A DNA stretch of 64,000 nt from positions 522,938 to 586,937 of the forward strand of contig NW_019091356.1 of the NCBI RefSeq assembly GCF_001949145.1. The letters run 5' to 3'. The DNA comes from Acanthaster planci (lineage: Eukaryota). Under the pieces are notes generated by a model that saw nothing but the letters and a program-made list of their open reading frames with translations, did no database searches and was not told where the DNA came from. The position numbers were made by a program, and so were the translations under genes. Shown here piece by piece: positions 1 to 13,700 of the stretch; positions within the stretch are counted from its first letter, which is position 1; every line of letters begins with the position of its first letter.

Positions 1-1442
1 GGCACAGTTATTGTAGAAAACCACACAGGCAGTAACTTTAGGTTACTTCAGACTCGGAGTGTAAGTTTCCTTAAGTTTCATGTATGCAGTTCTGCTGCAC
101 TGTCCTACAGTGTTGGCATGAATAGTTGGAAAGAGCATGTAATAACTTGCAAGTTTAATACCACTTGCTAGTTCTGGTAACTTGCATACAAATACAGTGT
201 ATGGTACCGTAACTTGAAACTTGAACGCGTTTTAAGAGCAAAGGATGCAAACACCATTGTACACGTACCACATTGTATCTTTAACTGACAAAACCAGACA
301 GTATTCTAATATTTGTTTGCTTTCTACTCAGATCCCCTCCCCCAGCTGTTTGCCAAATTCAGTGATATATTAACAACAGATGACTTAGTCATAAATAAAT
401 CTGTCAGAAACCAATTTCAATGGAGCCATCTTTCTTACTGCCATGATGCTTCTAACAGTCTTAAAAAGATGTTTTGATAAGGGATCATCTCACTGGTCCT
501 GCTTTCTGTGCAAAGTAAATTTTCCTGTGATCTTTAGCGCTAGTCTTTTGTGGTTTACCGCCTAATGGCAATGCTGTGGTGCCGTACACTTTCCCCGTCG
601 TCGCGTCTCCGGTCCAAGGGTTGCCTTTTTTTTCTTTAGAAGATTTGCTTGCGCATCAAACCATCCACACTTCCTCTCCAAGATGATTTGAGAGATACAA
701 CTTGTCCTAGTGGCTGACAGCAGTTTAGAGTAAACAATCACATCAGGCTGATGTTGAATGGGAGACTCCTTGGTGAAGACTGTGCTCTCCAAACATTGAT
801 GCATGCAAGTGTTGAAAGCTTTAGCGATCCGGGGGAATACATGCAAAGATGGATAATGAAGCCATTTCTGGAAATAATAAACAAAGAATGGATCAATTCA
901 AAGCAGTTTTAATCTAAAAGAATTGGTTGATTCTGCGTGTGTGTATAAATACTTGGATTTTATGAACAAATCTGGCTCATAAATCTCTGCACACTGAATT
1001 AGATTTTTGAATTCTTTCGTGAATGTGTTTCTGCCTGTGTCTTTGTTGCAAGTAAGGATTTTTATTTGGGTATATTGTCTTCGCTGGATTTACCAGTAGA
1101 AGATTGTTAGGAATGTGAAGGTGTCAAGTTGTTTAGACAGTCATCATTGAAGCTCCTGCTACTCACATTTCCTTGATCACTTTACGTTTAGTTTATTGAA
1201 CAGGTAGTTGGAGTCCAAAATATAGTTGATAACTGTGTATAGTTAAAAAAAACAGCAAAAACTCTCTGTGATTCCCCAGAAGAAGAACAGCTTAAATGTT
1301 ACTCTGGCATTTTGCCTTGAAAGATCCCTGTCATGGCCAACTTTCAACATTATTCTGTCCACATTTAGGATGTACTTTTTCAAATAGAAATGTTGAATGA
1401 AATAACACTGAAATGTTGTCTTCTCTTCTTTTTCACCTGCAG

Positions 1443-1745
1443 ATGTACCTGATTTCAACCCTGTGTACTTCACTTCAGAACCTTCAAACATTATAGCCGT
1501 TCCAGGCTCTGCGGTTACACTGAACTGTTCAGTATATTCCCTTCTAGTGCCTACAATTAGCTGGACCAAGGATGGCAGTGCGGTTCCGGCAGATGACCCA
1601 ACCAAGAGAGTACAACCCAGTGGAGCTCTGCGTATAGCCCCAGTCTCCCTAGATGATGAAGGCTCGTATCAATGCAGTGCTGAATTGGAGGAGGGAGACT
1701 TTTTTGCAAGTTTGAGTAGCAGACGAGGAGCTGTCACTGTTGCTA
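1443..1745 (+). CDS. Neogenin/DCC exon: Ig1
   Basis: cctgcAG acceptor; YFTSEP...VTLNC...ISWTKDG...DEGSYQC; GTAAGT donor, phase 1-1. Confidence 0.93.
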
Positions 1746-4700
1746 GTAAGTAGGATTAATTAACATATTGACCTGTATGTTTAGTGTGGTGTGAAGGAGA
1801 CTGAAAATATGTACATGTATCTGTGCATATTCTTCCCCATGCATCATTACCATTTATTATGATTGAATATAAAACCTTTTTTCCATAGACCATAGGAGTT
1901 CACTCCAGCCATGAACATACATGTATATGTACACTCTACAAATAGTGCATTTTATATGCACAAAGGTTAAATATTCTGAAATATAAATTGATGTCAGCCT
2001 TTTATGGTTCATCCGCGAAAGCACATGTACAGCCAACCAGTGGATTCTCACCTCAACATTTATTCAGTTATTATCCCTTTTATTCCTAAACATTTTGCAA
2101 ACACTGATCTAACATTGATGTAACTGCAAGGTTTATGGCCCACCCGGTATGCCACATATGTTTGTCACTTTATGAGGCCTTTACATGTACATTCAGTTCA
2201 TGTTTTACTGTATTTGAAGATTTCATGGGGGGTTTGGATTGGCTGAAATATAAATTCCACAGATGGAAATCACATTTAATCCTTATTGCTTCAGGTTACT
2301 GAAAGAATTTGAATAATAATGCAGTAGACAAATGTCTAAGGTAGCATCAAAGGTAGATCCTGCCGAGTTATGCAGCCCCTCTAAACATCTATCCATCAGA
2401 AAGATACTGTGCTATGGAGTGCTACCCAAAGTGACTCTGTTTGCCATTTTCCTCTTCTGCACGTTGTGCCCCTCGGTTCGCTAAATTGCGCGAACTCAAA
2501 ACTTCAGTCGGCGTAACCAGATCCAGTAGGATTCTCCAGGGAGAAACGGCTGAAACCGAGAACCTGCCGAACATTTTAATATATATGACATTTCTGTGCC
2601 GGCCTGCCTCATAGCAGCACACAACTGAAAGTGTTAGCTACCTGTCTGTCGCTGGCGAAGAAAGGAGAAGCTGTCGAATGAAGAAGACTGTTATTTGAGA
2701 TGCCTGCCTTGATATATCTTATTGGGTGTCATGTCAGTTTTCTCTGGTTAGGGAAAAACAAACACGCTAGCATTGTGGCAAGACAAGACTCGGATCTCAC
2801 AGATGCTTTTATTGATGAGCACAGCTTGCCTGAAATCAAATTCCACTGGCTGGCTGGGTTTTTAGGCTAGCATTTCTCATTAGAATGATATCACTGAAGT
2901 TGTCTGCTTTCCAATTTCATGTAGGTCCTTTTATTTCCTCTATGATTTCAATGCTAGATACATGTATTGATGGAGCTTGTGAAATACATCTACTGCTGAA
3001 TAAATGAAAAGTATTCTTTTTACTGACTTTTAAGCATGGGCGGAAATACTGGGGGGGGGACGGGGGACACATCCCCCCATGAATTTGGTGCAAGGGGGAC
3101 ACAATGTCAAATGTCCCCTCCATATTTTAAGCAAAACAAAATACTAAAGGAATTGATGGATCGAGAATTTTCACTTGTGAGTTTTTATAAATGGAATAAG
3201 ATAATAAACATGGTGTGCACAAAAAAAGTGTAAATGGAAGGCCCCCCACGATCGAAGAGAGATTTCCGCTCATGCTTTTAAGTAGGGAAGATAGATACGG
3301 TAGGGTAGATGTCACTTTTTCTATCCACACAATCATTTTAATTGGTAAAGGGGCACATTTCTTTTCGTGATTGGGTGAACTTTTCCTAAAATTTCATTTA
3401 TCAAACTTTGAAATTCCCCCGGACAGACTTGTGACCGCAGGGTGCTTTTAAATGTACATGTAGTTTCCATTTTCTCATCAAGGAAAGTACTTGTTTGTCA
3501 CTCTGCTCAAATTTCATCTTCTTCAAAGTCTGTCTCCATTTCCAATGGGGTCGTCAAATGGACAGTACTGTACCAGGAGAGGTAGAAAAATGACTCATTA
3601 AACAAAAGGCTCATCAGACATCATGTCTGCACTGCAGTGCCATCTGATATACATAGCTACACACAGCCAACTAGTGCAAATTTGAAGTGAAACACTGCAA
3701 AAGCCCACGTCCTGGGAACGTTTACCGAGCCGGAACTTGGATATGTTCTTGTTCATATTTTCCTGTCATCGACTCATCACACATGTCGCTGTTGACTGGC
3801 GAAATAGCAGGGCAAAGTGAAGAACTCCTCTTGAGAATTTACCGGAGAGGAGGAGAAATATTGACCACCGGTTGAGTCGGAGGACCAGATGGAACCGTTC
3901 TTTCCTTCTCTTTATTTTGTGTTGAATTTTTTTTCCGAGTCTATCAAGGAGTAGCCCTTAGCTTTGACCTGGTTTAAGGTCTTTGTCCCTAGTTGCCAAT
4001 CTGTGGAAGTTTTTACCCGATGAATTGTGTCAATATTTGACCAATCAGCCTTTCCTTCTTGCCAGAATTTGCTGGCTTGAGTAAGTGTGCAAGGATGAAA
4101 GCAACAGTCTCCAAGTAAAAAAAAATCCTAGGAAAAAGTTTTCTTTCATGAAAGAGTGAAAGCAAGAGTTCTTTGAGTTTGAACTTGTACTGGATTGCTC
4201 ATAATGTTGGCATTGCACATACATGTGTAAAGTGTAAATATTAACCAAGAGTGTTTAGCATCCCGCATGAATACTCCACTCTTGGCTACTTCAGAAGCAA
4301 AGCTACATGTAAGTTGCATTTTTTTAGTGCCGTTTGTCTTTATGTTTCTACTATAGTGCTTTTCTTTTAACCCATATATTTATGGCATTGAGCACCTAAA
4401 GATACGTGCACTCTCAAGTTTGAATTGATGCCTGCACCAATACCTTTAAGTAATCACGATGCCAATACCTGAATACCCATCACATTCTGTACGTGTACAT
4501 CAGATTTTGTCTTTCCTCTTACGGTCATCAAGTTATCGAAATGACCTCTCAGAAATTCTGGAGGGGAGAAAAAGAACAAGCAGGTGTATTGCTAACGAGA
4601 CATCTGAGAGGTGTGTCCCTACCTTAGCAACACCCTCCTCCCCCCATGCAGGAAAGGTTAATCAGAGTCAAGCAATTTGCCATTCATGCGCGATCTAATG

Positions 4701-7700
4701 AACAACTTCTAGCCATCCGCCTCTCTCCTGGCTGCGATGGAATTTTCTCTCCATCGTGCAGGTTCTCACCATTTCTTTGGCGATGCATTATTCATAGTTT
4801 GTAAAATCTGTTTGCCGTACGTCAGATTTTGTTGACGCTGATGTTCAACGTGTGAAATTGAATGATATTAATGGTAGGATGAGTTTTTTAGCTGTCAGAC
4901 GGAAACACGTACATGTACGTGCATTGCTCTCAAGTGGAAGGGAAAAATGAAGTATTTGTGTGCAATTGTGCCATTCTCATTGAAAAAAGATTTGCTCAAG
5001 AAAATTTGTTATGGTGTCATTTCATGCCATCAAAACAAAAAGTCTGCGATTGAAGAAGAAAATTTTAATTGCAACATGGGTTGAAATTTTTGACATTAAA
5101 TAATAATGAAAGCAGAGTTACACATATGCAACTTGGTTTCTAGTTCTGATTGCTTCGATTCCTAGTGTCATGATGCAAATTTCTTGATCCAATGTCCACT
5201 CACTCAAGACATCAGCCCAGGCATCACCATTTACACATCTCTTACAAGCCAAGCCCTTTTCCGCATTCCAGGAAGCGTTGAGAAAAGCGTGCCCCGACTA
5301 CAAGCTTAAGAGGTGCGAACTAAAAATGTCGGCCTTGTCCAGCTCGACAAGCAGAAGGCAGTAAAGCGAGGATAAACACCGCTGCCTGATCACACTGCTG
5401 CTGTCACAGCAGCATGTGTAGCATTAGTACAGTAGGCGCTGATAAGCAAGTCTGGTTATCTCAGCTGCTCAGTTATGATAGGAGGATATGCTGGCTTGAA
5501 GATTTGACATTGAATTTGAGAGAGATGAAAACGAACAGGCCTCAGTATGAACATTAAGTGATACTGTATTGGCAATGTGTGTGTTCATACATGTACATGT
5601 ATGTACTGTCATGAATGTCCCTAGATTTAAGATACATATACGTGTACATGCATATTCAAAGGTTTTGAAATGGAGAAAATGGCTATTGACCGTTTCAGAA
5701 ATTTCTTGCTATATTAGTAATGAATATCCACTGAGTTTGTGTACATAAACCATACATTTGTTCAGATATGCATACGGTTCATGACATGTACATGTACATG
5801 TATGCAAGCTTGATTAGTTTCAATGCAACATAATATTTGGTACCATGCATAATCTCTCTCTGCATTGTATGTGTATATTTCCTGACATGTATGTAATCGA
5901 TCACCTGTAATACAAGAAATACGCAAGAAACGTTGTGGGTATTTTTGGTGCAAAAACAACTTGGTGACTTGGGTGTAGAATTTCACAACCATTGGTTGTT
6001 GGTTGGGCTGGCTCTGAAGGCAAAAGGGTGCATTTCTAAAGAAATGAAACCTTTTGGAAATAAAAACATTTGTCCGTGCATGCCACGCTGTCCCTGAACT
6101 GTGGTGTTATTTCTTTGTCTTCTCTTTTTGAAGTTTGCTAGCCCATGGACCAGTTATTTTGCACAAACAATTTTCTACATGGCTATAATAAAATAGAGTA
6201 CTGAAGCAAAAGTTTCCACCATTGTATTTAATATACCAGCCGAGTCTTTTTCTTTGCTTTGTATGCGAAGGTATGGCAGACTTATTGTAAGCATCAGATG
6301 TATCGTTATTTTTCACGTCTAGTCTAAAGTCTGTCTCTTTTTTTTCTGTCATTTTGATTTTTTTTCTCCTTGTTTTTCCATTTGTATTTGTGGCCATTAA
6401 GATCCACCATCCGAGACCTTACTCAGTGTTTGTGATAGCATGTGGGAACCATAAGACAGACTTGTTCACACTGCAGTGACAAATTACATATAAAATTGGC
6501 TACTTTTAATGTCTCGTCTAATCACAATGACATAGATTTGAACTTTGAAATTCTTTTCCGTACTGTAATATTTTGTTCTTGTATTTGCCTTGTCTCTAAC
6601 AAAGTTATGACTGCCTACCTGTACTTGCTTTGAGTAAGTTTGTGAAAATCAAATATGGGTAGATGTACATGCGTGCATGTAGCCTACATACTGTAAAAGG
6701 ACTATTCCATTGATTAATGGTCTTGATGTTCAAACAGGTTGTAGATTGAAAGCCTGTGTGGTTTCATTTCAGCAGATTTTTTGTGGACTTTTTCTCTCGA
6801 AACCTGTTTTTAAAGGCTGATTTCCATATCAATGTAAAGAGACACAGAGAGTCCTACTAATCGGTTCCCAATGATACGCAATCATATGGAAACACTTACC
6901 AGTAACTGTGTGTCACTGACGCAAACAGGGATGGCGACAGTCGGCTATGTTGAGTCGCCAGAATATAGATACAAACAGGCACACTGGTATGATGGGTGTG
7001 CAACGATGTTTCTCTCGCTTAGTACCACACATTTTGCCCATTTTCTTCTTATTGCTAACATGTGACATCCCAATTATCCAAATAAAGCTGACCTTCAACA
7101 AAAAACATCAAACTGGAGTATCAGTTTAGCTTCAAGAGATGATATCTTAACCTAAAAAGGGTGTTTAATGGGAAAATATTCCAAACTCCAGAAGCCATTT
7201 TGTTTAACATTTTTGATGAAATGATGTCACACAGCATCTCATCCGTGACTGGTTACATCTTGACATCTTGCATATTGTCAGCATTCTTTACGACCATATG
7301 GAAATTAGACTTAACATTCCATGCACTCCATCCCACTGCACCACATCACATCCCACCCTAATACCCCATCCCAGCCAATCCCAGCCTGCCTTTTACCAAT
7401 ACCATACATTTAGAGACTGCCATATTTTATTTCCCAGTCCTTTTCTGAATGCACACCTTCCACAGGTGCCGATACTCATTGCTGTTTGTACATTCCCCAT
7501 TCACCAGCCATCAAACATCTTTCATCCCTGTATCTGAAGCAGTTACATTGATACAACCGTTAGATCTTATTCATTCCTTAAGCCTTCTTTGGGGCTAAGA
7601 TTAACTCCAATTGTAAGCCCTCCAGGACTGTTTATGGAATTCCTAAATGCGGGCTGGCATGTCAGCTTTGTACACATTAATACCTGCACTTTTTTCTTCA

Positions 7701-10700
7701 CACACACATGTAAGCATTGGTGCCCTTGAATTGCAGCTGTTTTTATGTGTACATTTCACTGGGGCTACAGTGTCTCCCGGTAACATGTACATTAAGGAAG
7801 ATATCAGAGAATTGGTGACTTTATCTTTCCCTTTGATATAACACAGATTTTGCTACCAGCTTAGCTGCTGTTGATTGGGGAGAGTTTTGAAATAGTGGCA
7901 TAGCCAGAGAGTGGTTGGGTTGAAAATGAGCCCCACCCCACTTGGTACCTACTTCCCTTAACTTTTTCTCTCTTCAGTGATCCCAAAGACGGAAAATCAT
8001 GCCTCAAATAATCAAGAAAGTGCCCTCCACCATCATCACAACCATGGAACCCTGGTTTCCCCACCAGACACCAGAGACACCTGTAATTTACAATGCCCTG
8101 ACTACAAATACTTGCCTGTCCCAAGCCATTCTTGTATTTATTTGCATGGCTATTGTAACTGTTTCAGAACTGGTTCTCCTTGATGGCCCAGCAAGAACCG
8201 CAGCATTCAATGGAGACACAGTGTACTTTGAGTGTAATTTCAACTCAGTCCCAGCAGCAGAAATAAGGTGAGTCTTTTACATTATTTTGTTTTCTTTATA
8301 GGAGACAAAAACACTCACGGTGGCAAAACAACCTAAGACAGGCCTAAGAAAGGTCTGCAGAGACAAGGTAAAGAAGGCATTTTGAGAATAGAGCTGAAAG
8401 GAAGAGTATCCACCTTGAGCAGGAGCGTTCGCACATTGGTTGAAAAGTGCCATGCTGGTCAGGAGTGCTCATTTCATTGGTAGCGATGCAACCGTAACTC
8501 GTGCATTTCCTAGTCGTTTGTGAACCAGTGAAGTTCAGTTCCAAAGGAGCTTCCATTGCTAGGAAATTCATGCCCTCCTTTGGTCCAGCTCGGGGCTCAT
8601 AGGCAGCTTTTTTCTTTTTCACAGAAGGAAAGAAGACCAGAAACACAACCTGCAAGTATTTATTTTCCTGGATGGGATTCAAATGTTGGACATGAGTGGC
8701 AGACAATGGCCCATCTTGTCAACCTGATTCTCAAATCAAACTGACAGAATGTTCATGAAATGGACAAATAAAACATTCATCAGATGTATGATTTAAAACT
8801 TTTTTGTCTTGGACAGTTGGTTGAAAAATGGCCAAGTTCTGGACCTCACTGAGGAACGGATCTCTGCCCGGTACACCCTGCTACCTAGTGGTGGCTTGGA
8901 GATTAGAGAAGTACGGTCGGCAGATGTAGGAACATACCTATGCCGAGGAACTAACCAGCTGATCACGACACCTGTACAGAGCTTTGGTGCTGACCTTACC
9001 ATCAACCCTGGTAAATTTGCTTTCAATCTTCCAAAAGTCTAACCATTTCTAAAGATCAACTTAAGATAACAGGTTTGACCTGACAAATCTGTCTTGTTTG
9101 TTTCCATAGGAACAAATCCTTCCTCACAATTTAACTTCATCAGGACACCTCAGGATACTGAGGCACCTGTTGGACAGACCATTGTCTTGGAAGCTGCCAC
9201 CAATTTGCCAGCCATCTTCACCTGGTTCAAAGATGGATCAGAGATAATCATGTAAGTGAAGTCCTTCCTTGGAAATTGTATGCACAGCAATTAAGGGTCT
9301 TCCTGCAAGATCAGGGGAAAGGGTCATGATTGAATGCATGTACAGATTGGGGTCTGTTGCCTTGGTACAGGCTAGTTGTTGCTACTGAGGACTTGCAAGC
9401 AAAGGTTTCACAAGAGGAAAGATGTGACAAGACCTCTGTCAAAGTAGGGTACTTGTCCCCAAACAAAAGTTAGCCTAAACGGGAACAAAAGAAAGACAGT
9501 AAAAAGGTTCTCAGTCATCTGGTCAATCCATACACTGGATGCATGTCCTTGCTGATAAGTCATACAACGTGTGTTTCCCCGCAGCTACAGAACAAGTCCA
9601 CGTACTGTACATGTATGTGCGTGGATGCTGCTGAGTAAAAACGAAGCCAGGGACAAAATGCTACTTTGTTCAAAAACAACTCTTCCGTTTTTTGAATTGT
9701 TAAAGAATCTTTATACCATTCTTCCAGATTAAATGGTAATACTGTATTTGGAAGAGAAAAAAATTAACAACATGTGGGGGAGGGGAACATACATATCTGC
9801 AAAAGGGGGGTGTCATAAGTGACACATTTAAGATATCTTGCACCTGATCATGACATTTCTCTTCTGTCCTCACCCTGGTTACGGCATGTATCTCTCCCTC
9901 GCTACAGTGTTGGATCTGGTACTGAGGATCACTACACCCTATTAGGCCAAGGCAGTCTCGAAATCAGGCAAATTGGAGAGATTGATACAGGACTCTACCG
10001 TGTCTTGGCAACATCCATTGCTGATGGCACAGCCCTACCAGTAGATCACACTGTCAAAGTCACAGCATTAGGTAAGCACAGTTTTTTCAGTGTTTTTTTC
10101 AAAATGCCATGCTGTTAATGTGTTGGTCATTTTATTGAGATTCAGCAAAACGATCAGTTGGTTGTGACTGTTGGTACATGTAAAACTTGTACCTTTGAAA
10201 AGGAAGGACATTTTTTGAAAAAGATCGACTCATTTGATGTGAAGTTTGTAAAGTATTTCACACCTTGATGTTACGCCTCGATGATACAGCTTGTGTATTG
10301 AACACTCGTTACACACTGCTGGTTGAATTCCAAGTGGTTAATAGCCTGACACCACATCTCAACCCCCAGTCTTTCCTGTGTCAGGTTTGTACGGATATGT
10401 ACAATCCTGTAAAACACTTCAGCATTGAGACACTTCTTTACCATTGACAATTCCTCAAGATGAGTTTTTTAAAGTGTGTTTTCATTGAGTGGTTTAATCG
10501 CATATTCTCATGTGTTTCAAGGCTTCTCCATCAGAGTAGAAAGTTAAAAGTCAAGTTGCAGCTTTCATAAGTGTCGCTGCTTGTCTTTGCTTGTATTTTT
10601 CTACCTTTTTGGATGCTATTGTACGTAGAGAACTGTTTATGGGGCGCAGTGAGGTTGTGATGATTGATGAAGAATATGAAGGAGTCAGGCACTAGATCAG

Positions 10701-13700
10701 AATATCTTTTCTGAATTGAGATTTGTTTCATTTGCAGCAGTGTTTGCAAAATCAGGTTCCATCAGTTGTTTTGATTTTAATGAACTAGTGCCACTGAAGT
10801 TCAATATCCAACCTGTGAACACCTACACCAATGTTGGGTCATCGGTGACTCTCAACTGCAATGCGTACGGCATCCCTGGCCCCACCACCACCTGGTACAA
10901 GGAAGGAGAGGAACTAGAGCCGGGTGATATCTACCTGGTCAGTGCAGGAAGCTTGACCATTGAGCAGGTCATCCAGGAGGATTCTGGGATATATCAGTGC
11001 GTTGCCGACAACCGACTGGAAAACATCCAGGCTGCAGCTGAGTTGATTGTACTCAGAGAAGGTATGGACTCTTTTGAAAGGATGATTGCGGGTGTCTTGT
11101 GCTCAAAAAACTAAAGATTGTATAAAATATGTGCAGTTGAAGAGAACAAGAAAAATGTAATCATTTGACACAAGTTTTATGATGATATATGTGTTGATGA
11201 TATCAGTTGTCAAATGGAGTTAGATTTGAAGAACAGTGCAGTAAGCAAAAAGTAATTCTCCTTGTTAAGATACCAGTTTTTGATATTCTTTCCAGAGTGT
11301 GTTTTCACAGTGGTTACAGGATTTTTTTTAGAAATAATCAAATTCATAACCCCAAATTAGTGGAGTTTTTGAAGAGACTTACAGACACTCTAGGCAGGAT
11401 TGACAGGCCCCCTTCCCATTATTCAATGAGTGCTTTGTTACATTCTTGGTTTTTTTGTCATTGATTCATATTTTCATATTGCTTGGATTGACTTTTATTT
11501 TGGCTATGATTTGTGTAAATTATTTAAGCCTACATCTATGCATTTATTTTTGCATGATATTCATTTACAGTGCTTGTCGTTAATTTTCCGATGTGGTCAT
11601 TTGTGGCATGTATCTTCGCAAATACTCAGTACCTGTAAATTCATTGAAGTACGGTACCAGGTATTTTAAAACCCATTTCAAACTCACTGCCAGTTCTCAG
11701 TCTGAACTCATAAATTTTTAAAGCCATTACTAAAGTTGACAACAGATGATCTTTAATCTATTCCCCATGACATTGGTTATCCTGTTGCCATGGAAACATC
11801 ACTCAATTTATGAGCAGGAGTGCTCGCAGCAATAAAGGGGAGAAATTCTATCGGGAGGGAGCGCAGCACATTAAATGCACTTTCTGCTCCTTACAAACCC
11901 TTGGGTGTCAATCAGAAAGATTTGTCGAAAAATAGAAAACATGGCCAACAAAGTGAACAGAGTGAGGCAGTCCAGTCTTCAGCTGCTTTTACACCAATGA
12001 CCTTTTCTTTCTAAATAAGTGTTTTACATCCATCTGTGTAATTTCTTTATGTCTTTTTCTCTCTCCTCTCTTTAAATCTGCAGAAATGTTTTGTGGTTTG
12101 AATTATGAAAACACTACACTTGGCAAGACATAATCTTATACTGGAAGCCATTTTGAATGATATTACTTAGGGGTTGAAGAGGAATTGGTTTTGCAACATT
12201 TTCATCTCCATGGTTTCATGTACAGTAGTTGTCTTTGAGAAAACATCATCAATGGTTGAATTGGAATTTTCCCCCTAACTAGCGTAAAGCAGTTTGATCA
12301 AGTACTGCTCCTCAGTGCGCATATATGTATTTGCCTAAAGGCCACTGAACTCAACTCATAAGCAAATTGATGTGATGATTGCAACGTTTGGCTTTCATCT
12401 TACCCCCCCCCCACACAAGTAACTGTAATTAATCAAAGGCAAACTTCGGAATTCCCCCAAGTTTGACCCCATGCCTCTGAGGTACCCGTACATGTAGATG
12501 GAATTAAAAATACAGGAATTGGTACCATGACAACCAAGATTAATTTCTTTAATTTTGTATTTTGTACGTCTGCTTGAAATTTGAGTGAATCCCTGTGATT
12601 GAATTTTCTGAGTTCAGTATTTTATCAGTGTCTGCTAAAGATTATACTGAAGATGTGAAAAAGTGTATGGTGAATGTTCAACTTTCCAACAAACCTTCAC
12701 TGACAGTTCAGATGTAGTTATTATTGTCATTGTGCCCAATGGAGGGACCTTTGTTTGATGGACAATTTCTATGAGCCTGGAGCTGGACCAAGAGAGGGTG
12801 CAATTTTCCAGCAATGCAAGTTCCTTTCGTAGGAACTGCACTTCACTAGTTTGCAAACAACTGTGAAATGCTCGCGTTATAGTCGCACTGTTTCCAATAA
12901 CATGAGTACTCTTGACCAATATGGCTCTTTTCAACCAATGAGGGGGCACTTCTGCTCAGGGCAGATTTCAAGAAAAACTTGGCTGTGAGCTGTCAGTTGT
13001 GAACACTGTCTAGTACCTCCCGCAATGTCTGTGGTCCACATTGCACAGGAACAAGCACCTGTAATGCCTGTTTTATGTATTTCCCATCAACTGTAAAGGC
13101 AGGTACTAGTATTAATCAAAATTACACATGCACAAACAAATTGTGCATGAAGTAATCTGTGCTTGAAATATTGATTCTGTGCCGTCAGACTTTGACATAA
13201 GCAGCGTTCCATTATACTACTGTCATCCTTTTCCTTCAACCATCCCAACATCCCTTGCCAACTCCTTCACAAGACAGTAATGCCTCCAGTCTTTTTAGAC
13301 ACCTTGTTTGTCCCTCCATCAGCAGTAGTTCAGCTGATTTCAGCGGCTTGTCTGAAATGGCACGTACCCTCAGCAAGTGGCAACCAGCACTGTTGAATAT
13401 TACTGGCTGTTTCCATTTCATCATCCACCCTGGTAACCAGGGAGGATTTTGTTGTTAAGGGATACGAAGATGATGACTACCCAATGTAAATCTTGACATT
13501 TCAAGCAGATGCTAATCCAGACAAGTCCAAGCAGTTGTGCCTGGAAATTTTGCATTTCAATTAAGGAAACGAATCTCATCCATCTACAAACACAAAAAGG
13601 CCGCCTGTCCTGACCAGGAGAAATACTTTGGAAAGAAAATTGTGAAGGGACATGCTTTAGACCACATTTATTGCATGATTTGATAAAGGGATACACAGAA

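Noticed and set aside
7978..8082. Possible 105-nt His-rich exon (…ALHHHHNHG…) between Ig1 and Ig2
   Set aside because: The acceptor is good, but the only phase-1 donor (T|GTAATT) creates TAA when joined to the 8168 exon. At best a poison exon, with no other support.
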